IMG/VR virus record: IMGVR_UViG_3300032246_000804
Coordinates: 1 to 61,555 of that record
Length of the DNA stretch: 61,555 nt
Reading direction: 5' to 3' (one strand)
DNA from: a virus
Taxonomy: Duplodnaviria; Caudoviricetes
Both the position numbers and the translations under genes were made by a program. Below the pieces are notes generated by a model. That model saw only the letters and a program-made list of their open reading frames with translations, was not told the origin of the DNA and searched no databases. Each line of letters starts with the position of its first letter. Position 1 is the stretch's first letter. Below are positions 55,528 through 61,555 of the stretch, in pieces.

Positions 55528-56216
55528 ATATTATACCAGATAAGAACCTATTCTTAGTCACATCTGCAATTAAACCTTTAGATAGTGTATTCTTTACGGA
55601 TGAACAAAGATTTCAACAAACAATTGATACATTGATTTCAATTAGAAAAAAGATACCAGAATCTATAATCGTTTTAGCTGAAGCTTCATTTAATCCACTA
55701 TCGGATGATGAGAAAATTAAATTACAACAATTCTGCAACGGATACATAGATTTATCTACACAACCGGATGTTAAAGGATTTTCTGGTTTAAAATTAAAAT
55801 CACAAGCTGAAACTGCTTTACTCTTTCACAGCCTTCTGACACTGAAACAACAACCATTCATGCGAGAAGTTAAAAGAATTTTCAAATTTTCAGGCAGAAC
55901 AATTTTAGATGATAGTTTTAATTTAAGTGACTATGATAGTTTGTTTGGTAAATATGTGTTCAAAAAACGCATTCCAACTTGGATGCCTAAAGTAATTTAT
56001 AGTGCCAGTGACCTACTAATCACTAGAATGTATTCGTTCTGTCCTTCTCTAATTGATAATTATCTAGAAGTTTTAAGTAAAAATTTTGATATGTTGAACC
56101 ATATGGACACAGAACATGCTCATTTTGTCAATATTCCAAAAAAATACTTAGTGGAGTTTGATAGAATACATTGTACAGGATGGTTATCAGGCAACGGCCA
56201 AACCGAAAGTTATTGA
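55524..56216 (+). CDS. Hypothetical protein of the glycan cluster
   Basis: LVTSAI, RFQQTIDTLISIR, IFKFSGR. Confidence 0.6.
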   Translation: MNIIPDKNLFLVTSAIKPLDSVFFTDEQRFQQTIDTLISIRKKIPESIIVLAEASFNPLSDDEKIKLQQFCNGYIDLSTQPDVKGFSGLKLKSQAETALLFHSLLTLKQQPFMREVKRIFKFSGRTILDDSFNLSDYDSLFGKYVFKKRIPTWMPKVIYSASDLLITRMYSFCPSLIDNYLEVLSKNFDMLNHMDTEHAHFVNIPKKYLVEFDRIHCTGWLSGNGQTESY

Positions 56217-56268
56217 CTATGTATTCTCCTCAATCTTTGTAAATTCAAAACTGTGAACTAAAAAGTTG

Positions 56269-56276
56269 TATAAATA
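56269..56276 (+). promoter_or_regulatory. T4-type late promoter TATAAATA
   Basis: Exact consensus, intergenic. Confidence 0.8.
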
Positions 56277-56318
56277 ACGTATGGTAACCAAAGTGTGTTA
56301 CAATTCTAAGGGTATTCA

Positions 56319-56765
56319 ATGAAAAGTTTTATCTCATTTTTAAAAGAAGAAGCGGAATCAGAAGGTTCGGCTTTAAAGCATATCCATCATGCAGAAGACC
56401 GTCCATTAATGCACGGCGCCGAAGGATTCGAACACGCACATGGCGCACTCATGCAAGCTCACGAACACATGAAAGCTAAGGCGCAAAATAGTAATTTGAC
56501 TATGAAATATGATGGTTCACCTGCAATTGTCTTTGGTCATCATCCAAAAACAGGTAAATTCTTTGTTGCTAGTAAGTCTGCATTCAACAAGACACCAAAA
56601 ATCAATCACACAGAAAAAGATATTGACAGAAACCATGGCCATGCGCCTGGACTTGCAGCAAAACTTAAAGCTGCTTTGAAACATTTACCTAAAGTAACAC
56701 CTAAGACTGGTGTATACCAAGGCGATATGATGCATTCTTCAGAGGATTTACACCACCATGACTAA
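56319..56765 (+). CDS. His-rich DUF6267-like protein, N-terminal part (KxDG ligase-like motif)
   Basis: HIHHAED, TMKYDGSPAIVFG, FFVASKSAFNKTPKIN, VYQGDMM. Confidence 0.65.
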   Translation: MKSFISFLKEEAESEGSALKHIHHAEDRPLMHGAEGFEHAHGALMQAHEHMKAKAQNSNLTMKYDGSPAIVFGHHPKTGKFFVASKSAFNKTPKINHTEKDIDRNHGHAPGLAAKLKAALKHLPKVTPKTGVYQGDMMHSSEDLHHHD

Positions 56766-57513
56766 AAAAGTATCGTTTACTCCAAACACAATCACCTACA
56801 CTGCCAAAGGCGATGAGGCTAAAAAGATTGGTGCATCTAAAGTTGGTGTAGTAGTTCACACAAAATATCATGGTTCCGACATTGGTAATATGTCTGCACA
56901 CCATGATGTTGACCTTCATAACTTTAAACAACAAAAAGATGTTCATCACCACGGTGCAGAACACGATACTGCAAAAGTTGATTATCCATCACATGCACAA
57001 GATGAATTCCATAAGCACATGGCTGCAGCAAAAGCAATCCATGATACACATGGTGAGAAAATGTATCCTGCGACTGATAGGCACAGAGGCGAAAACACAC
57101 ATCTAACGACATACATCAACAAGACGGTTGACACTGGAGAAGTTCCTAGTGTGTCTGGATTAAAGAATCACATCACGACACAACATGCAAAGATGGCAGA
57201 TAAGGTTAAGACTGATAAATCCAAACAGGCAAAAATTGATGCAGGCAAAGAACACAATTCTCATATTGAGAAAAATAAAGAACATTATCAGAATCTTTTA
57301 ACTATGCATCACCACTTGGCGCAAGCTAAGAATACACTAGTTAAGCATTTAGAAGGCCATGAAGGCCACTATGAACATCACATTGGTGGTGTGAAATCTA
57401 AACCAGAAGGATTTGTGATTCACCATACACCAGAAGGTGGAAAAACTGAACCAACAAAGCTAGTAAATAGAGCAGAATTTGCAAAACAAAACAGACTAAA
57501 GGTGAGAAAATGA
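56758..57513 (+). CDS. His-rich DUF6267-like protein, C-terminal part
   Basis: FTPNTITY, GVVVHTKY, PEGFV, KLVNRAEFAKQN; overlaps the previous ORF by 8 nt in the +1 frame. Confidence 0.65.
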   Translation: MTKKVSFTPNTITYTAKGDEAKKIGASKVGVVVHTKYHGSDIGNMSAHHDVDLHNFKQQKDVHHHGAEHDTAKVDYPSHAQDEFHKHMAAAKAIHDTHGEKMYPATDRHRGENTHLTTYINKTVDTGEVPSVSGLKNHITTQHAKMADKVKTDKSKQAKIDAGKEHNSHIEKNKEHYQNLLTMHHHLAQAKNTLVKHLEGHEGHYEHHIGGVKSKPEGFVIHHTPEGGKTEPTKLVNRAEFAKQNRLKVRK

Positions 57514-58511
57514 TTTCACTACAGAGGAAAATTTGGTTAGATAGAGCTGGAATAGTAGAGCAAATCAATCAAATAAATGAAGCAAAAAGTGGTGTAAGTT
57601 ATAATGATGAACATGCTCATGCCAATATTTGGAACCATATGGTGGGTAAAGGAATTGCTCACGATAAACCTGCTATGATGAGAGAATTGGAAAAATCAAA
57701 AACAGATAAAACTCATCCTTTACATTTCAACAATGCTGAGGATAAAGGTTTCACTGGCGGTAAAAAAACAAAAGAAGCGGAACATAGTTATCATTCAGAA
57801 CATGAAACAGCTGTTCATACGATTCACGCTTTAGCTAGTCATCCAGATTTCAAAAAAGCTATAAAAGAAAAACATAAAGCAAAAGTTATGGGTGGAGAAA
57901 GAGGAACTGTATCAGATACATGGAAAAAACATGGAGCAACTAAAGGTGCAACATCTAAAGCCGATGTTTCAATCCATAATCCAAATGATAATAATCATGC
58001 AGGCCTTAAACTATCAATGAAAAAGGGCGGTGGTTCGCAATTAATGTCAGGTGGACCAGAAGAAAATAATGCAGTACATGACCATGCGGCTAGGGAAATG
58101 TTAAACAACCATCCAAAATATAAAAATTTACCGCAAAAAAAGAAAGATGAAATTCATTCGGGTATTATGAAAGATATGCATACAGTATCTAAACATTTGA
58201 ATGCTATGAAAACTTCTTCTAGGTCTGAAATGGAACACCATCGTGATATGGCTCAAAAAGCTATGAATTCAGCTCATGATAGACATCCTGAATTGAATCA
58301 TTTTGTTAGAAAAGAAGCTACTACAGGTGAAGGTAAATTTGGAAAAGGTTCAGCTCAAGCAGCTTCTCATTTAGTAAAATCATCAACTGCGGGTAAAGAA
58401 GCAAAAGTTTCACATGTGGATCAACAAAACTATGAGGGACCTCGTCCTAGAATTGCACTACCTAAGGGTGAAGGAAGATCCGGAAATGTAAAATCGGACG
58501 AAAGGGCATAA
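57510..58511 (+). CDS. His-rich protein with PD-(D/E)XK-like motif
   Basis: TSKADVSI...LSMKKGGGSQLMSG, EATTGEGKF. Confidence 0.5.
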   Translation: MISLQRKIWLDRAGIVEQINQINEAKSGVSYNDEHAHANIWNHMVGKGIAHDKPAMMRELEKSKTDKTHPLHFNNAEDKGFTGGKKTKEAEHSYHSEHETAVHTIHALASHPDFKKAIKEKHKAKVMGGERGTVSDTWKKHGATKGATSKADVSIHNPNDNNHAGLKLSMKKGGGSQLMSGGPEENNAVHDHAAREMLNNHPKYKNLPQKKKDEIHSGIMKDMHTVSKHLNAMKTSSRSEMEHHRDMAQKAMNSAHDRHPELNHFVRKEATTGEGKFGKGSAQAASHLVKSSTAGKEAKVSHVDQQNYEGPRPRIALPKGEGRSGNVKSDERA

Positions 58512-58513
58512 AA

Positions 58514-59551
58514 ATGATAGACATTCAAAAGAAACTTTATTGGGAAAGAGCCGGCATATCTTTAGGTGAAGATGGTTTGCCAATCTTATCTGAAGGCCGC
58601 GGTAAAATTTCTGCTTCAGGTGCAGATGCTGAATCTCATATTAAAAAATACATAATGCCGCATGTTGGTTCAAAAACTCCCACTCACACATTAGCTTCTG
58701 AACATGATGATTTACCTAAAGGCTCACATGTAAAGATTCACGGTGTTGAAAAACATTATAATCTTGTCACAGGTAAACATCAAACTCATGTTCATGTTGA
58801 AGATGAAGTTGGTAATCATCACACAATGCTTGCTTCAAAATTGCATAAACCAGGTGAAGCTCCAGAAAATAAGGGACATGATTATGAGAACAAATTTGTT
58901 GCAAGACTAAAACATCATGGTATTATGCCACACCACATGTCTGGTGCAGGATCCACCGGCGGTACAGATTTTGCTGTGCATAATAAGAAAAAAGGTAAAT
59001 TTCATGCAGGTTCAGTTACCGGTGGATTACTTAATGGTGAAACCAAAAACGGTGTTACAGCTGCAATGGGCCAACTAACAATTCATCACACAAAAGAAAA
59101 AGGTTGGCATGTTGGTGATGCAGCTAGAAAGAAAAGACCTGAATATGCAAAACATATTGAAAAATCAGGTGTTCTTGCTCACATGAACAAACATGAACCA
59201 GAACCTGAAAAATCTGCATCAACAGAATCTGGCCGAGCAAAAACAACTGTAATCAAACATCCAAATTTGCACCCAGCTGAAGCTTATTTGAAAGACCATC
59301 ATGTACATGTGTTGCAAGTTGGCGGCCATGGTACTTACCGAGTTGGCGAAAAAGATGAAACCGGCCATGGTTTACCTAAGATTTCAGGTAAAGGTGAATG
59401 GAGAATCAGAGAAAAACAAAAAGGTAACAAGTCTGCTCGTACGGTAGCTTTCCATCCTGAAGGTAAAAAAGGTTTAAATAAGAGTCATGTTGATTTAGAT
59501 AATGACCAACATATGGAAAAATTCAAGAAAACTTTGGGCCACACAAACTAA
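58514..59551 (+). CDS. His-rich protein with PD-(D/E)XK-like motif
   Basis: NKGHDYE...GGTDFAV...NGETK...AMGQ. Confidence 0.5.
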   Translation: MIDIQKKLYWERAGISLGEDGLPILSEGRGKISASGADAESHIKKYIMPHVGSKTPTHTLASEHDDLPKGSHVKIHGVEKHYNLVTGKHQTHVHVEDEVGNHHTMLASKLHKPGEAPENKGHDYENKFVARLKHHGIMPHHMSGAGSTGGTDFAVHNKKKGKFHAGSVTGGLLNGETKNGVTAAMGQLTIHHTKEKGWHVGDAARKKRPEYAKHIEKSGVLAHMNKHEPEPEKSASTESGRAKTTVIKHPNLHPAEAYLKDHHVHVLQVGGHGTYRVGEKDETGHGLPKISGKGEWRIREKQKGNKSARTVAFHPEGKKGLNKSHVDLDNDQHMEKFKKTLGHTN

Positions 59552-61309
59552 ATGAAATCATTTTTAGAAGTTATATTAGAAAAAAAAACTGGTGATGTTC
59601 ACCATGTAATGTCTTTTGGTCGGATGAATCCTCCGACCACTGGTCATTTGAAACTTATCGACAAAGTAAAAGACGTTGCAAAGAAACAAGGTGCAGACCA
59701 TTCTGTTGTCGTTTCACATTCACAAGACAAAAAGAAGAATCCTCTTTCTGATGTACAGAAATTGAAACATTTGAAACGTTATTCTCCAGATACAAATTTT
59801 GAAGCATCTTCTAAAGAGAAACCAACATTCTTACAACATGCAGCACACTTACACAAACAAGGTGTAACACACTTACATATGGTTGTGGGTTCCGATCGTG
59901 TTAAAGAAATGCATAACAAGTTACACCAGTACAATGGAACACATCCTGGTGCTCTATATAATTTCAAGAAAATAACTGTTCATTCTGCTGGTCAGAGAGA
60001 CCCGGACGCCGAAGGAACAGAAGGAATGTCAGGCACCAAGATGCGTGAACATGCCAAGAATAATGATTTAAAATCATTTAGAAAAGGTGTTCCAGCGCAT
60101 GTACCTGAACATCACGCAAAAGAATTAATGCATGATGTTCGTAAGGGCATGGGATTACATGAAGATTATAGTTATGGTCGACATAAAGCAATTTTCGTGA
60201 CCGGTGGTCCAGGTTCAGGCAAAGACATTATTGTCCGTGAATGTATTGCTTCACAAAAGATTGTTGAACACAATTTCTCACAAGTTTTGGATATTTTAAA
60301 TGATAAACACAAGCTTGCAATGAGGTCTATGAATCCAAAATATGAATCAGTAAGAACTCGTGGTCCATTGATTGTTAATGGACCAGCAGACGATTTGGAA
60401 AAAATTGGCCGCATCAAAGAAGAACTAGAAGAACTTGGATATAAAACAATGATGGTGTTTGTTGATACAACCGACACAGTAAGTAAAGAAAGAAACACAT
60501 TCTTATCTAAGATGATGATGGAGTCTATTCGCCAAGACAAATGGCAAAAAGCACAACAGAATGCAAAACAACTTTCAGAAATGTTTACTGATTTCGTAAA
60601 GTTTGATAACTCTGGTGACTTGGAATCAAAAGAAGAAGATATTACAGAAACTTACAAACTGACAAAAGAGTTTTTATCTTCCAGTTCCATTATACAATCT
60701 TTGCAAAACGGCAATCGTTTCAAAGGTTTATATGAAAGTTCTAAGACTAAATTTAAAGTATTGAAAGACAATAACAGTCCATTCATGCAGTTTCAAAAGA
60801 AATTAGGTAAACAAGATGATGTGCGTGATGGTGATGAAAAATCAAATAGCACATATGCGTTTAGAACATACGCAGAAGCTAATTTCAATAAAGACAAAGA
60901 AACTGATAAGAAAAAAACTGCACTATCTGCTGGTCGCGTTGGTGATCCTGGAGGAATAGGACCAACAATGAATACAAGAAGTGGTGGCGGTTCTAGTTCC
61001 GCTTCAATTGGTGGTGCTGGATTAGGAAATCAAACATATAATGAAGCAGAAGAATTTGATAATAAGAATGTTGCTGCACCAGGTTTAGATTCAAAACCAA
61101 AAAATGTTAATCCAAATCCATTAGGCGAAAAGAAAAGAATTAAAGGTTTTAAAGAATCTGTATATTCAGGTGAAACTGGAAATGAAATGGGAGTTGTAGG
61201 TGTTATGAGTGGTGCGATGAACAAAGAACCTCTAGTTAAACCTACAGATAAATATATACAATCGGGTATTACGATTAAAAAATCAAAAGAAAAATCAGGA
61301 GCAAAATAA
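59552..61309 (+). CDS. Cytidylyltransferase-like (HIGH superfamily) domain fused to a P-loop kinase-like domain
   Basis: FGRMNPPTTGH, VVGSDR, MSGTKMR; then VTGGPGSGKD and MVFVDT. Confidence 0.8.
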   Translation: MKSFLEVILEKKTGDVHHVMSFGRMNPPTTGHLKLIDKVKDVAKKQGADHSVVVSHSQDKKKNPLSDVQKLKHLKRYSPDTNFEASSKEKPTFLQHAAHLHKQGVTHLHMVVGSDRVKEMHNKLHQYNGTHPGALYNFKKITVHSAGQRDPDAEGTEGMSGTKMREHAKNNDLKSFRKGVPAHVPEHHAKELMHDVRKGMGLHEDYSYGRHKAIFVTGGPGSGKDIIVRECIASQKIVEHNFSQVLDILNDKHKLAMRSMNPKYESVRTRGPLIVNGPADDLEKIGRIKEELEELGYKTMMVFVDTTDTVSKERNTFLSKMMMESIRQDKWQKAQQNAKQLSEMFTDFVKFDNSGDLESKEEDITETYKLTKEFLSSSSIIQSLQNGNRFKGLYESSKTKFKVLKDNNSPFMQFQKKLGKQDDVRDGDEKSNSTYAFRTYAEANFNKDKETDKKKTALSAGRVGDPGGIGPTMNTRSGGGSSSASIGGAGLGNQTYNEAEEFDNKNVAAPGLDSKPKNVNPNPLGEKKRIKGFKESVYSGETGNEMGVVGVMSGAMNKEPLVKPTDKYIQSGITIKKSKEKSGAK

Positions 61310-61555
61310 TGTTTTCAAAAAATAACGTAACACAATCAATGATAGATGCAGTACAGTCTGTTTTAGTCGAAGACAAGAAATTGCTTCTTGAACCTGAAAA
61401 GAAAAAAGAAGAAAAAGAAGATTTAAAAGGCAACCAAGGAAAATTGGACAAGAATCACAATGGTAAAATAGATCCAGAAGACTTCAAACTTCTAAGAATG
61501 AAAAAAGAAGAAAAAGATGATGATAGTATGTACACAACTAAAGCACAAGCAAAGA
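61309..61555 (+). CDS. 3'-truncated charged protein with EF-hand-like motif
   Basis: AGGAG SD; DKNHNGKIDPEDF; open to the window end. Confidence 0.6.
   Translation, partial: MFSKNNVTQSMIDAVQSVLVEDKKLLLEPEKKKEEKEDLKGNQGKLDKNHNGKIDPEDFKLLRMKKEEKDDDSMYTTKAQAK

Overview
61.6 kb segment of an AT-rich T4-like (myovirus) phage genome, almost entirely on the + strand. It runs from a 5'-truncated giant tail-fibre/adhesin through the neck/tail/head module (gp13-gp23), gp3, uvsY/uvsW, gp55, gp47/46, the clamp and clamp loader, regA and hsp20. An array of 28 tRNAs covering all 20 amino acids follows, then a DNA polymerase (gp43) split in two by an HNH endonuclease, uvsX, gp41, a glycosylation cluster and a late cluster of His-rich proteins. 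The most striking feature lies just upstream of the main tRNA array. There, a 35-codon leader ORF containing all 20 amino acids is followed by mutually exclusive antiterminator and terminator helices, resembling a general tRNA-sensing attenuator. The array also carries two rrn-style boxB/boxA antitermination cassettes and several unannotated structured RNAs, including a CCA-ended minihelix and a D-armless tRNA-Gly-like RNA. All calls come from motif recognition and manual base-pairing; no searches or folding programs were run.
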